Below, one piece after another: positions 43,828 through 57,869 of a stretch of 64,000 nt of DNA. Both the position numbers and the translations under genes were made by a program. Where the stretch lies: NCBI GenBank assembly GCA_964016885.1, contig OZ024747.1, positions 91,202,001-91,266,000 on the forward strand, given 5' to 3'. The first letter of the stretch is position 1. Each line of letters begins with the position of its first letter. This stretch comes from Eledone cirrhosa (lineage: Eukaryota). Below the pieces are notes generated by a model. It did not search any database and was not told where the DNA came from. It was given only the letters and a program-made list of their open reading frames with translations.

Positions 43828-43976
43828 TACTGATGGGTTAGTTCGGATCTAGCTGTCGAAACGGCCGGAGCTTAGCCGTCGGGATCCTGACTCTTTTCCT
43901 GTTACCCACTCTACTACCCTAAGTATTGAGTACTCTGGTGCGTTACGGTTCACCTGGTATCTTATCACACCCTGTT
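43828..43976 (+). mobile_element. Mini element, same family as 33649 (no fold-back)
   Basis: ctagctgtc GAAA cggc..gccg TC ggg..ttacccactctactaccctaagtattgagtact. Confidence 0.7.
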
Positions 43977-44249
43977 ATATATTCACAGAGGAAAATAGAG
44001 AAATATAGAGAAAATAAAATATTTTTCTTCAATAGCGAGGCTACGCATATGTTTATTGTATATACATGTATAATACAAGTTTATATACGTTTTCGTATAC
44101 ACAACTTGTATGTTTATATATATATCTATGCATATAGATGTGTATGTGTGTCTGTGTGTCTGTATCTGTGTGTCTGTATCTGTGTGTCTGTGTCTGTGTG
44201 TGTCTGTGTGTGTCTGTGTGTGTATATCTGTGTGTGTCTGTGTGTGTGC

Positions 44250-44327
<78 letters not shown>

Positions 44328-45021
44328 TGCCAATCTAAAACATGTTATACAACAAGCGTTGTATTATATATTTAGTCAAGATTTTCTATGAAAGATGTAT
44401 TTTCAATTTGCTGTTTGAGTTACGTTAGTTAACCACTTCCATACTACAAGACAGCAGCCAATTCTAAAACCCATTACAAGATAATATGTTAAGCTCCAGT
44501 AATATCTCATTTATATGGTTGTTTCTATAAGAAGAAAGCGAGCTCTAATAATAGAAGTCAACGTTATTAGGAGTAAATTAATAATTAGTTAGCCTGGAAC
44601 TATGAAGGCAGAAAAATTCAAATTTTCCAGACACAATGTTTACAATGGGTTAAATTAAAATAAACATATATTCACAGGCACACATACATACAGACAGACA
44701 CACACATTGCCAGACATTGAAACATTTGTACAGATGCACACATACTTACACCTTAACTCACAAACACACATAAACACCGTTACTTACATATACATAATCA
44801 CGGATATATATATATAGATGCAGACACTCTCAAGAATGGAAAATATGTGTGTGACGTATATGCTTCACTATGTCCGTAGGAATGAATATATATATATTTC
44901 TCCCGAATGAAACATTTCTAGTCCTGTAGAAGCCATTTCTATATTAAATATATATACTCTACTATGTATTGAGTACCTTACTGTGGTTACCCCAATTGAA
45001 GCCGGGATAAACATCTCTCTC

Positions 45022-45135
<114 letters not shown>

Positions 45136-46233
45136 TAAACGAAAAAGAAAATGCTGACAAATTGTTCCCAGTGAAAAATAGTGTAATTAGGAATAAGTAA
45201 AAATTAGTAATAATATTGGTTAGTATTCAGTTTTGGTTTTAAGTATTACCGGTTGCACATTTCTAATGCTTTTCAAAAATGATTTTGAGATAGAGCGCCC
45301 GTGATGTTTGCTCTATCTGATTAGTTTTGGAAATTCTACCTGTTTTATGTGAAAAAAGTGGCTCCAGATGTATTAAAATAAGTTTCGCGCCAATTCGTGT
45401 TGCAAAAATTCTTGTGGTCAAAACAATTTTGATTGGTCGGTAGAGGTCATGTGAATGTTAAAAATTGATTTTGCGCCAAATGTAGGTTTGTGTCGGCTGA
45501 TTGAGAAGTCACTGCGAACCGCAGCCTGTTGACAGTTCAAATGCCTATTAAGACAAGTGTGTGTGTGTGTGTGTGTGTAGCAGAGTAATTCGTGGTAGAG
45601 GGATGGTCAGTAGGAATGTGTCTGTGCGTGTGTGGGGGATATTTTAACATGTTAAAAGATATTTTTCAGCTCTTGTCTTATACGGAGAAGTGTGTGTGTG
45701 TGTGTGTGTGTGTATATGTCTCTTTTTATGTTAATGTACGCGTGTGTGTATATATATGTGTGTGTGTGTGTGAGAATGTGTCTGTGTGTGTGTGTGGGAC
45801 CAGTATTTTTGTGATACTGGTAAAAATGGTGTACATTATTCGATATTTTCAGTAAAAACGATTCTCTCAATAGAACATCAAAAACCTTAATAATAAAAGG
45901 TGTGAAATGATATATAGTATTGGCATAATACCAAGGTGTGTGTGAGTGTCCAGATTGTACGTACTGCAAGGGGAATCCATTAGGCCTTGCCGTATTGGAA
46001 TACTTGTGTACAAATATGTATGTGCCCATCAGTGTGCAATGCATGTGTGCGTTTATGTATGTGTGTGTGTCGGCACGTTTATATCTATAGACATCAAAAG
46101 ATTTGCAAATTTGTGTATATTTGTGTTGCACCATAGAACATGTGTGTTTACGTATGTCATTGTGTTTATATGTGGATAGAGATGTATGCTGATGTAGGTA
46201 TGTATGTTGACGCGTGTATGTTGTGGGTTCGTC

Positions 46234-46999
46234 TTAGGGAGAAGTGTTTAGACGGGGTCCGTATTTGTTAATAAAGTGAGATTCCATGCTGATGCGCTGG
46301 GTGTGGGTGGCATTATCTTTAAATTTGTAGAGGGGAAAGATTCTGAAGTTGGGATGATTTTGGGCGGCACAGGTATCAATGTGTTCACTCAGTGGTATTT
46401 TCCTGTATTCCCGTATTTTAATTTGGGATCTATGGACAGTCATGCGTTGGCGGAGGCTGTTTTTGGTCTGGCCTATGTATTGTTCTCGACAACCTGAGCA
46501 AGTTAATACATATATTAGATTTTCTGATTAGCATGTGAAATTGTGTTTTACTATAAAACGTTGTACTTCTTTGAAATAGAATTCCGAACCCTCTATTAGG
46601 TTGATGCATATGCCACAGTTGGGTCTATCGCATTTTTTTTACTGTGGGTTTCGTTGTTGTGGTTGGCAGTACTTTGGCATGTGTTAGGATGTTTTTCATT
46701 GACTTAGATTGTCTTTTGCTCTTTATGATATCGTGTGTTCGTAGGATTTGGTTCATTCTATGGTCCTTTTTCAACACAGGGATGTTCTGGAGGATGGTGT
46801 CAAAGGCCTCATTGTTGAGGTGGTTGTGTGTGGAGATGTATGGAAGAGCTTTTAGTTTCGGTTGATTTACTTTAGCGTGTCTAAGGTCCTGGGTTCTGAG
46901 TTTTAGGGCACGTTAGATTCCATTGTTAATAAGTGATGCAGGGTAGTCTCTGCCTATGAGTGTGTCATTTAGTTCTTGTAGCCGTAAGTAGCAGGTGTT
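46234..46999 (-). pseudogene. Neptune-like PLE linker plus GIY-YIG endonuclease, disabled
   Basis: RDYPASLI, PYISTHN, (frameshift in A-run) CDRPNCGIC, NLIYVLTCSGCREQYIGQT..RQRMTVH..SEH, MESHFI..PRLN; two in-frame TAA; 5' end abuts (TA)n. Confidence 0.85.
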
Positions 47000-47057
47000 A
47001 TATATATATATAGTGACGAAACATAAGTCAATTGCATGAACTCATAATCCTTTATTT

Positions 47058-47113
47058 ACTGCTATATATATTTCGATGATAGCTATTGAATGGCTATGAC
47101 CTCGTCAGGCAGT
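47058..47113 (-). ncRNA. Hammerhead ribozyme, type I
   Basis: actgc CTGACGA ggtcatagc..gctatcatc GAAA tatata TA gcagt; perfect stem I. Confidence 0.75.
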
Positions 47114-47706
47114 TAGTCAGTTCCTAGATATGCCAGATCTGTGTTTATGGTGAATGGCTATATATATAAAAAACTGGATAATATATACATTATTGTTTCC
47201 ATTAGGCTATGTGTCATGGGCGCCACTTGAAAGGGCGCGCTACCTGGACTAGGAGCACTTTCTATTAAAGTCAGATAAGCTATTGTTGGAGAATGAAAAA
47301 AAAACTTCAGGTGTATGATTTGTCTTTGATTATCATGGGTTAGAAACACTATGCTGGCTGGATCATTATATAAATTATTAGGTCCATAGATATAAATACA
47401 GTGCTGGGGACTACATGACCACAGAAGCATACCCCATAGTATGACTTATCAAATATTTTAATCGGGTTTTAATATTTCTCAAAGAACAGTATTACATAGA
47501 TCACTCCCTTTAAATACACTAACACTTTTACCAATAATTTACATATATTTAAGCGTAAAGGATACCTGTAGAACAAATGAAAATTCAGTTTAATACCCTA
47601 AACCCTCATTTATTTCAACTTCGCTGTCAATCCCAGTGTCCAACAACTACTATATAGCTTGCTGCATGGACAGGGACGCTATTTTCCCTTGTTACACCTC
47701 TGGGTA

Positions 47707-47881
47707 ATTGTTTCTACTTTTCGCACAAGGCCAACAATTACCCAGTGCATTACTGATCCTTTATTTTATCGACCCCGTAAGGATGAAAAGTAAAACTAAC
47801 CTCGGCGGGATTTGAACTCAGACCGAAAAGGGCCGTAACTATGCTGCAAAACATGGTGTCCGGCTCTCTACCGATACTGCA
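47707..47881 (-). mobile_element. SINE family A
   Basis: Core and tail present. Confidence 0.8.
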
Positions 47882-47914
47882 TGTTTTCTAGAGTCTACAA
47901 CAAAAAAAATAATG

Positions 47915-48060
47915 TGGACAGGCCATTTCGATATAAGGACAAACTGAAGTACTATCTTAAGTATAGACTATGTACCTCTTTCTTCGTTTGAAGCTATGAC
48001 TGCCAACCATAAAGAGTGGAGAACTGTCTACCATGAAGATATAAAGAACTGAGAAATCTC
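47915..48060 (+). mobile_element. RTE LINE C-terminal remnant
   Basis: RPFRYKDKLK..FEAMTANHKEWR, read across a frameshift. Confidence 0.5.
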
Positions 48061-48519
48061 GCACAGCGCGTGTGTGTGTGTATACATATATATATATATA
48101 CACACATATATATACATATACACACACACGTTATCCTCGAAGATATTTACTCAAGGGGTTCCAGCCACACAGTAATGGCTTAAAACCATAAACCCTTTGG
48201 TAATAAAGTGAACCCCATAACCATTTAACCCTTAAACATACAGCCATGTCTGCACCTTTGAATACAATATTTCTGCAAAATCTGGAAATCCAGCTTAGAT
48301 ATGGTATGTATATATTCCTTTGACACCATCATGAGGGGGAGTGTGACAACACAACACCCTGATCAGAGGTTCCAATCCCTTCGATCACCCTGAAAGTAAG
48401 TGAGCTATTTATCATATTATTTTGTAAGAAATGGGATCTATGTAATCCCATTTTCTTTCCACTGTTGTATTGTACCGTATCTGATTTGTTAATCCTACAT
48501 TCTTTTCTGCTGGGGGTGG

Positions 48520-48712
48520 GGGTGGGGTGCATTAAATTGCAAGCCATGTACAGAGGAGGTGAGTGTAGTGAGGGATTCAAGGTACAGGCAGGAGTTCAAT
48601 CTTCGGATCTGAGCCCACTGCTCTTCATAGTTTTCCAGGCCATAACAGCTGGCTGCCCGAGTGAACAGATGGTCTGATCCTTATCGATGAATCCATACAA
48701 GAACTAGAGAAT
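48520..48712 (+). mobile_element. RTE LINE RT remnant
   Basis: SEGFKVQAGVQ..LSPLLFI..QAIT..GCP resembles the GVHQGSVLSPLLF region. Confidence 0.55.
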
Positions 48713-48996
48713 ATGTCTGTGTGTATGTGTGTGTCTATATATATATATATACTGTATATGTCCACACACGTCTAAATTCATGTATCTGTTACATATCTAA
48801 CATTGTGTATTAACCCCTAAAACGAGCAGTAAACACAAATTTGATAGTGTCATATATCCTCATTTTATTGTATTAATTTCACATATCACATGCAACACAG
48901 AACTTGAAGCAGACACACACACTGTTGCTTACAGACATGCACATACAGTGTTGCTTACACAATCACACATACCCATACGCACATACATAGCCTTGC

Positions 48997-49040
<44 letters not shown>

Positions 49041-49279
49041 ACACACAAACATACCTCATACACCCAGTCTTGCTTAACGGTATAGGGTTAAAATGGTAAA
49101 TGTAAACAATAAAATCTTACTTGTTTCTACATCCCGACTTCATTTACCGTGGTTAGTAACACGGTGTTATTAATTATAGTTCGAGGAAAATATCAATTAT
49201 GGTTAATTACTGTATAATGAGTTTAATGAATCATAATATAACATGTTCCGATGTAATACTTGTATTAATAATCCAATTT

Positions 49280-49490
49280 CTCAAGTCGCCGTCGAGACCT
49301 CAGGCGTACTTGGTCTCCGTATGGCAGAATTCCTTCATAAGATCGGAACGCCAGCAGCCCGTCTAAGGAAGGAGCCCCGCGATGTGGGGTGGCTGTTGCA
49401 GCGAGTGTTGCTGGCCACGGTTCGCGTGAGTGCTTTTGCTGTCTTGTCCGCGGGGCACAGAGCCAATACCGCCGCACCCTAGGCCTAGAA
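49280..49490 (+). mobile_element. CRE-like (restriction-like endonuclease) non-LTR 3' end
   Basis: VAVETSGVLG..AEFL..IG..EPR..WLLQRV.LA.VR..A..VL. Confidence 0.7.
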
Positions 49491-49985
49491 CACATCACAC
49501 TCACTCTTTCCCCTCCTCATTCTTCTGTGACACTAGAACCCTTGCTTTTCCCTTCTCTTTCCGTTTTCATAACCAGAAAAGACACTTCAATATTCAATGT
49601 AAGTCTACTTTGTGTAGTCAGTACGGTTTTTATTTGCTTATATATGTCCAATGCTTATATCTGTCTTCCCAGATCTTTAATACAGGTTTACACTCAAAGA
49701 ATTAGAATTAGACACTAAAAATGAAATTAATCTAGAGTGTTTAGAAATCTAACATTGGCGTTATTAAACTCTTGTTTGTTACAGAACTTAACACAAGTTC
49801 TTACAGTATACTAAAATGGAAGATTTTAGCAGTAACGTTGAGGTGGGCAACATTTTGTGGGCGGCTCTTTTGGGTCTGATGTAGGCTATTAGCGTTGTTT
49901 TAATGGTGCAGCATAATATATATGTACACAAACTATGTATGTATGTATGTATGTATGTATGTATGTATGTATGTATGTATGTATG

Positions 49986-50270
49986 AAGGACCCCTAGCCT
50001 TTGTCAGGGCATTCTTCTTGGAGAAGGCAACTCAGGAAACTGTGATAACTCTGACATAAAACCTGCGGCTCAGAAGTTACCGTTGATGTTGATCTTTTCT
50101 TTTCGGGTTATAGCTACTGTCACTCAGAGTGGGATTGGCTCAGCGCACAATCTTTCCCCACTTTAAAAAAAAATCTTCACGCACAGGCATTGCACGATAG
50201 AATTAATTAATAATTATTAATAATGTTATATCGTGCAATGGCCATACTCGATAACGAGGGGTCAGACATA

Positions 50271-50272
<2 letters not shown>
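49986..50272 (+). mobile_element. Short RTE-derived element related to the 29941 family
   Basis: gacccctagcctttgtcagggc..ggagaaggcaactc..gagtgggattggct..gcacaggcattgc and 3' ggccatactcgataacgag. Confidence 0.6.
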
Positions 50273-50339
<67 letters not shown>

Positions 50340-51029
50340 GAGCAATATGTATTTTTCGTGGGAGCCCAGTGTTGGCAAACTGAAGGGCGGCCCCAGGCGG
50401 CACACTAAAGGGCTGCCCTGGGTGGCAGATACACTAGCTACGTCACTACATGTATGTCTAAACGTTGAATCAAATTGTGACTGATTCATATATAATATGG
50501 GACTGTGTAAAAATGTCCAGTTTCTAAAATGTAAGACAATTCAAAGAGCACATTAAAGTAGTCCTTACAAATAAAATCTCTCATCCACACCACACATACA
50601 CTCCATATCCTTCTGAGGTCCCTCAGTTTCTTAACATCTAACAAATCTCAAGATTCCCGGCCCAGGGTAGCACTACTACACACTGTAAAACTGCCAACCT
50701 TCAGTTATACAAAATAAAAAAGTACACTGTAACTGTATTGTTTTCTCTTAAAAGTACTACCGCGTTTTACACTCATCTTGTGTGTGTGTGTGTGTATGTG
50801 TGTGTGTGTGTGTGTCTGTATATATATATGTGTATATATTTGTGTGTATGTGTATATGTGTATGTGTATATATTTGTGAGTATGTGTATATATATGTGTG
50901 TGTATATATATGTCTGTGTGTATATATATGTGTGTGTGTGTGTGGGTATAAGTGTGTGTGTATATATGTGTATGTATATATGCGTATGTGTATATACGTG
51001 TATGTGTATGTATATATATGTGTATATTT

Positions 51030-51590
51030 CTAGGGCGGGTAAAATTCCCAAGATCCATGGACGAGTTCTCTCTAGCGGTCTCTGTCCCTCATTATCGCTG
51101 CCATGTCCCGCGTCTCCAACAGACCAGTGTCTGTCCTTAGGGCATCAACATACGTTAACCTTGGTCTTCCTCTTCCAGTGTGTCCATGTAGGGGCTCCCA
51201 CAGGAGCACTACGTGCAATGTCAACTCTGGATGTCGGTGAGCATGTCCAGCTAACCTCAGTCTCCTCTGTGTCTCTTTTGAGCTGACTTTTGGGAAGCTC
51301 CCATACAGCTTTGAGGTTTTCATCCTCAGAGTATACTGATTAATGTTCAGAACCATCCTCAGCATTCTCGTGAAGCACCCATCCACCATCTGAGTGAGTC
51401 TCTTGGTCAGTGTCCAAGTCTCAGACCCGTACAGCAGCACAGGCTCCATTACAGCAATGAAGAGGCGGATTTTCAGGTCTTTACGAAGGTCCGACTTCCA
51501 CACCGATCTCAAGCTGAGCCACGCCGCCCAGGCTTTGCTCTTCCTCTCAACCACATCATCTTCCGTATTCCCAATCTTTGCTCCCAAATA
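51030..51590 (-). mobile_element. RTE/RTEX-like LINE 3' fragment (frame open 51072-51590)
   Basis: YLG..RKSKAWAA..LKIRLF..VLLYGSETWTLT..RMLR..RRLRLAGH..GRGRPRLTYVD; flanked by microsatellites. Confidence 0.85.
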
Positions 51591-51628
51591 TGTGTATATA
51601 TATACATACATATATGTGTATGTATGAA

Positions 51629-51673
<45 letters not shown>

Positions 51674-53409
51674 GCGGTTAATAAAGGAAAGAAAACACAG
51701 CAATGCAAAAATAATTATATTAGGTATGTAGGTATGTGTATGATTGCGATTCAGTGTGCGTGTATGATTGCGAGTGTGCGTGTATGATTGAGTGTGTGCA
51801 ATATTCTGCATTTTTTATTGATAGTCTGCTTCCTCTATATTTAGTGCATATATATTAGATTTTATCAATGATTTATTAGTATTTCACATGTTTATATTTT
51901 GTATCCATTTCATCACTGAGCAATTGATAAACTATAAGCATTTATTTCATAGGTTTTTTTCTTTGTTTTCTCCAGCAATATTTCTTTTTCTAAAATACTT
52001 TTATTATTCAGACATCCATTACTTGCACCAAGTCTGTTTTCTGCTCCATTTTTTTTCCAACTACATTCTATGAAAATTTGCGTAATATCAATTTAGTTTA
52101 GTTCTTAAAATTCTACCTGTGATATTTTTTTTACATCTTATTTATTTCTCTGGTATAATTTTTGGCTATATTTTAACTGAAATTTACTTTTCTCATTCTT
52201 TATAGTTTTAGTATATATTTTTTTCTATAATGCGAATTCCATGTCATTTTCTTTCACTTTTTAACGCAAAGCAAGTAGATCTGTCATTCAGAAGCAGTTC
52301 TTTATACATCATTTATTTCGAAACAAGCCAATGATAGGCCTTTTTACGAAGTAATTTCAATTATTTGAATGATATGTCTGAATTTTCCGCGTCTATATTA
52401 TTTTACTTGTTATTTCCCCCTCATAGTGAGGGGTTTAATTTATCGTTTAAATCTGACATGGCCATCGGACTGAAGTAACTCAATCGAGTTTACGATAAGT
52501 GATGCAAGCAATTTCTGACGTATTTCCCTTTTGCTAAACTGTATATATACAAAGTAGTTCTTTGACAATTGCTTCATAAATTTACTTTCTCTAAAACGTA
52601 CAGCCACGCTCTCACCTATTGTCTTAAACAGCCGACAGGCCTTTAATAACGTTTTGAAAGCGAACAACAGTTATAAAATATGTGATCAAGCAAGACAGCT
52701 ATTGACTTAGCTTCTTTTTTTTTAAGAATATCATATCTGTTAGACTAATAATTGTTCTAAGATTACAGGAACGTATCTGTATTGAAGTTCTGTTGATCTG
52801 TTAAAGTCTCATGTAATCCTAATACCTCACATGAGTTCTTGCCTAAATTCGATGATCAGTCAATAATACCTCACATGAATTCTTGCCTAAATTCGATGAT
52901 CATTCCTTCTATCTTTGTGAATTAAAATGAAAAGCTTTGAAACTGCTTGTCAACACACACGGTTAGAGATCTCTAATACACATTTATAAATTTGAAACTA
53001 TTTTATGACACAGTGGTAAACCAAAATAAATTTGAATTGTAATTTCAATTTACATGCTCAAAACACGAAATTAACCATTGCCAAATTCATCGCTTTCTTG
53101 CGACTGTAACAAATGTGATCATATATGTATAGAAGTGTGCAAATGTTTGTGAGTTAGTATGTACTAGGAGTGTAACATTTTTTTTTTTTTTTTTGCTGAA
53201 ATAGATAGGAGTATAACAGGAGGGAAAAGTGCCCATTGCTTTCGGCTATTTGGCATTAAGACAACGTTCAATACAACTATATTGTCTAAAGTATTTCAAA
53301 AACTTTGGATCAACTTATATGTCAACTGGTTACAACAGTCGTTGTTTTTCTAGATTCGCCTGAAGTTTCGGATATCAGCCGATTGAAGTTTTCCCACTTA
53401 AGGCAAAAG

Positions 53410-53524
<115 letters not shown>

Positions 53525-54511
53525 ACTTAACTTTTAACTGTCGCTAATACGTAATCTCAATGAAAGAACAAGTTATCCACTCAGAAGTATTAAAATATAT
53601 TAAACTTACGCCAAAATCTCAGAAATCTCAAAATGAGATTTTTGGCTTAAGATTAATAGATTAATATATGTGTGTATGTATGTTGTATCTATATTTATAA
53701 TCAGACGTCCACGATTCCATGTTTCTTTATGACTACAGCTAAGTCCATAACCAACATGCTATCAGTATAACCATTCTCATTTTAAAGATGGAGCCGTGAA
53801 GGCTTTGAAACGTTCATACAAGGATTACACATAGATTTTGGAAAGCTACTGTTCCACACGAAAGATAAGGAACTAATAAAGACATACGAAAAATCCATTA
53901 TCAAAGAGGAGAAAAGTAATGTTTTCAATATAATATGCTTGAAAAGATAGCTGATCCCTTTTTTTTTATCCCTTAGATATGGTAGATCCCACTTTCCTTT
54001 AACGAAAGTAGATTTTTCCTTCTTTCCGGCATCAACATTTGATATATTCATATTATATATATCTTGTATTAATTTAGTCACAAGTCTGTTCTTTTCTGGT
54101 CATATTTTATATCATTTTCTCTGATTTTGTCACTAGTAAATTATTCTGTTCATTCTGTTGTTTCACATAGATCTTACCTACAGAGTGGTTCTCCTCACCG
54201 CTGCTTGTGTGCAGTGCAATCTCAGGGGCTCTGATTTAGGAAACCTGTGATATAAAGGATTCCAGTCATAACGATCCCGTCGTATTTAAAAAAAAACTCC
54301 ACATCTTGTACTACACTATTCAATGTTGTCCTAGACAGTATTTTTCACATTATTAAAAATGGAAGGGCATCATTTAAGTGAAATGTGCCTGCTGTATCCT
54401 GTGTGTCTTGTGAACACGTAGATACCCTCTGTTTAAAATGGTACATCTCTGAAGCGATTCTTCTTATTTTTTATCTGAAGCGAAATAAACCGATAGCATC
54501 AGACACCCTGC

Positions 54512-54685
54512 TTGGCGACATAGTTAGTTCTTTACGTTCTGAGTTCAAATGCCACTGAGGTTACCTTTACCTTTCAATCTTACGGGGGTCGATAAAATAA
54601 AATGCCCCTCACGCACTGGGATTGATTTAATTGACTTTGCCCTGCCCCAAAATTGCTGGCCTTCTGCTTAAATCAGAAACCATTA
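54512..54685 (+). mobile_element. SINE family A (segment duplicated at 55087-55210)
   Basis: gttctgagttcaaatgccactgaggttacctttacctttcaatcttacgggggtcgataaaata occurs twice. Confidence 0.75.
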
Positions 54686-54954
54686 TAATCATGCTATAAT
54701 ATAGAGCCAGCAATGCAAGCTAACATAGATGTCATCAGTTAAATGTGCAGCCACGCTCTCCTCAGTTGTGTTAAACAGCTGACAGGTATTTAATAACGTT
54801 TTGAAAACGAACAACAGTTATAAAATGTGATCAAGCAAGACAACTATTGACTTAGATTCTATCTTTTTTAAGAATATCGGCTTAGGTGTTTTTGCTGTTG
54901 ACGAAAATGTGGATTGGTAGTCGAGTATCGAGTGCGTTTTATGTATATTGATAC

Positions 54955-55330
54955 AACAGACCTGTCAACTCTTCTTGTCCAAAGTGGGTGGGAGATTTCC
55001 ATCATCTTAAGAGAAGACATCTCTTATCCACCCCAAAGTGGGTGGGAAATCTCCCACCCACTTTGGACAAGAAGAGTTGACAGGTCTGTTGGCGACATAG
55101 TTAGTTCTTTACGTTCTGAGTTCAAATGCCACTGAGGTTACCTTTACCTTTCAATCTTACGGGGGTCGATAAAATAAAATGCCCCTCACGCACTGGGATT
55201 GATTTAATTTACATAAAACGCACTCATTTTCTAACATCTCCACATCTCCACATTTTGCCTCATTTCTCCCCGTTTTGGTGCACTTTTCCTCATGGTACTC
55301 TCCGTTTGGGTTTTAGAGTTTGGCAGGCCC
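54955..55330. mobile_element. Rearranged MITE (fold-back of one end, SINE duplicate, then the other end)
   Basis: 46-bp perfect inverted arms aacagacctgtcaactcttcttgtccaaagtgggtgggagatttcc. Confidence 0.7.
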
Positions 55331-56072
55331 GATATGATATCAAAAGAACTGTTACCACCTAAAGAGTAAAATCTATTTCTAATACAAATTGCAATGAACA
55401 GATTTTGGCTGTAGTGAACAATACATACATTTATAAACCATATAATATGTTGGTTTACTTTATCATATTGCTGTCTATTGACGCCTTCCTGGTTAGCTGG
55501 TAAAGGGTTTAAAAAATAAAAAAGTTACAAATCATTATAACTTGTATAATGCATACCTCTCAATCTGTAACATTTTATTCGTTTAACACTGTAAGTGTTT
55601 ACGTTTCTCTCCTCACCCGATTACTTTCTTCCGTAAACATTTCGATATCAAAGGTAATTATTCATTCTTGTTTGTACAACACCAGGCAAGAGTTACCACA
55701 CCCTTTTTATATTTGTCTAGAATGTAACCATTTCAATTTGTCCTCGGTTGAACTTAACCAAACATAAGAATATCAATAAATATCAGCATTTCTGGTCATT
55801 TGGTTTTTATGTAGTGAAGATAATCTATAACGACAAATACCTAATGATATAAGTATAAAACCAAAATAATACATTTTGTATTCACTGAATATGGGTTGAA
55901 TAACATAGCAAGCCGATATATTGAAGGAGTTTTAATCTAGATTGAAGCTAAGTTATCTTAGGCTGCAAATGTCTTTTTGAAAATTACAGGAGATCACAAT
56001 TTCTTACCCACTCCAGCAAAACAAAAAATCCCGTAGAGACCTTCTAGTTTAGCTTTAAACATTGTAATAAAT

Positions 56073-56295
56073 AATGGTTTCTTATATAGGCACAAGGCCA
56101 GTAATTTTTTTTTTTGGGGGGGGGAGTCGATTAAATCGACCCCAGTGCGTGACTGGTACTTTATTTTATCGACCCCATAAGGATGAAAGGCAAAGTTAAC
56201 CTCGGCGGGATTTGAGCTCAAATCATAAAGAGCCGTAACTCTATGCTGCAAAGCATGGCGACCGACCCTCTACCGATACTGCCAATCCACCGCCC
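56073..56295 (-). mobile_element. SINE family A, full length
   Basis: Full head, core and tail present. Confidence 0.85.
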
Positions 56296-57869
56296 TAAAA
56301 ATTGTAATAAATAATAATAAGGATATTGAATAAAAAAAATCTTTAAAATTGTAAGTTTCATTCTCGAAAAAAAAAATGTTTAATTTATTTATAAGAATTT
56401 ATCAAAACAGTTATTTTAGTATTATAGGTTGTCGGGGGAAAATTTGTCGAATATAAATCATAAAATGTTCAGCGAAACACCTAGCACACTTAGTAATTAA
56501 TGACAAAAGTTTTTCCTATTAGGAAGATAATCTTTAAAGAAATAACATCTGCAAAAACTGCCATTAGCAATTCCAACATATGTTTAACTAAGATGAATCT
56601 TTTTTGCTTTTATGAAAGCACCTGGACTATTTTCTGTTAAAATTATTTGTAATAAATCAAACCCTATTTTATAAGTCTAATATCTCATGTTTCAAAGAGA
56701 CGTTAGAATAACATAATAGAGTATAATTAATGTAAAAATGATACACAAAATCTAAGACATATTCACCTTTGTTTTTGGCCTTTTTCGACACTATTTGGAG
56801 TGGCTATATGTTGCACGCAGCTTGTTTTCATCATAAGGAAAATACGAAGTAAATTGAACGAGAAATTATTTGCGAGTGAAAAGATGAGTTCATTAACCTT
56901 TTCTAATGAAATTCAATGAATAGCATACGATTTTCATTTTTGTTCAAAATGGTGGTATGTGAGGTACGTCTATGGAGAGTCATTGGAATTCATCATCTCT
57001 ACTTCAACATGTGCATATGTGTCAATGCATATATATATATGTGTATATATATGTATGCTTATGCGTATATATGCGTATGTGCATATATATATATTTATAT
57101 ATGTGCGTATATGCATATATATATGCATATGTGCATATACATATGTGCGTATATGCATATACATATGTGCGTATATGCATATGTGCATATACATATATAT
57201 ATATGCGTATGTGCGTATGTATGAATATGTGCATATATATATATATATATATGTGCATTTATATATAGGCATATATATTTATACACACACACACACACAT
57301 ATATATATACAGTTACATATCCACTTACATATACATATATAAGTATACCTGAAGGTTTTCAACAAGTTTATTTACAATTATATCGTATATCGCCAGATAT
57401 ACAATTCACGTAATTCATATACAAAGCTTTGTTAGAGTTAATGCTCTTATTTTATCTTCTGTCTAAGCCAGCTGATACATTATATGCAAATGCGGCTGAT
57501 GAGCCCATGTACATAGGCTTCTAAACTATGTTTTAGCTTATATTAAGTTCCAGCAGCGAGCGGATCAGTGAGCGCTAGCTTGATAACGACCAGAGTCAGA
57601 AATGATGACATCATCATCGCTAGCTACCCCTCCTTAGCTTCTGTTGGAACACACTAGATGGCGCAACGCCATGAGTTTTCAAATCCACAACTCAAAATGT
57701 TTATTTATAAACATACCGCATATCGTTAGATATACAAATTGCTCCTTCTACCTGGAGTTGCGACCGATAGATAGTATTAGCAATTGGAAAGACCCATGGA
57801 AATATTGTTTCCTCGGTCCGATTTGACGAAAGTCGACACAAAAAATAAAAATATATATATAATATATAA

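Noticed and set aside
53782-54081. 99-aa ORF with a hydrophobic stretch
   Set aside because: No recognisable motif, non-ATG start, and AT-rich DNA yields such frames by chance.
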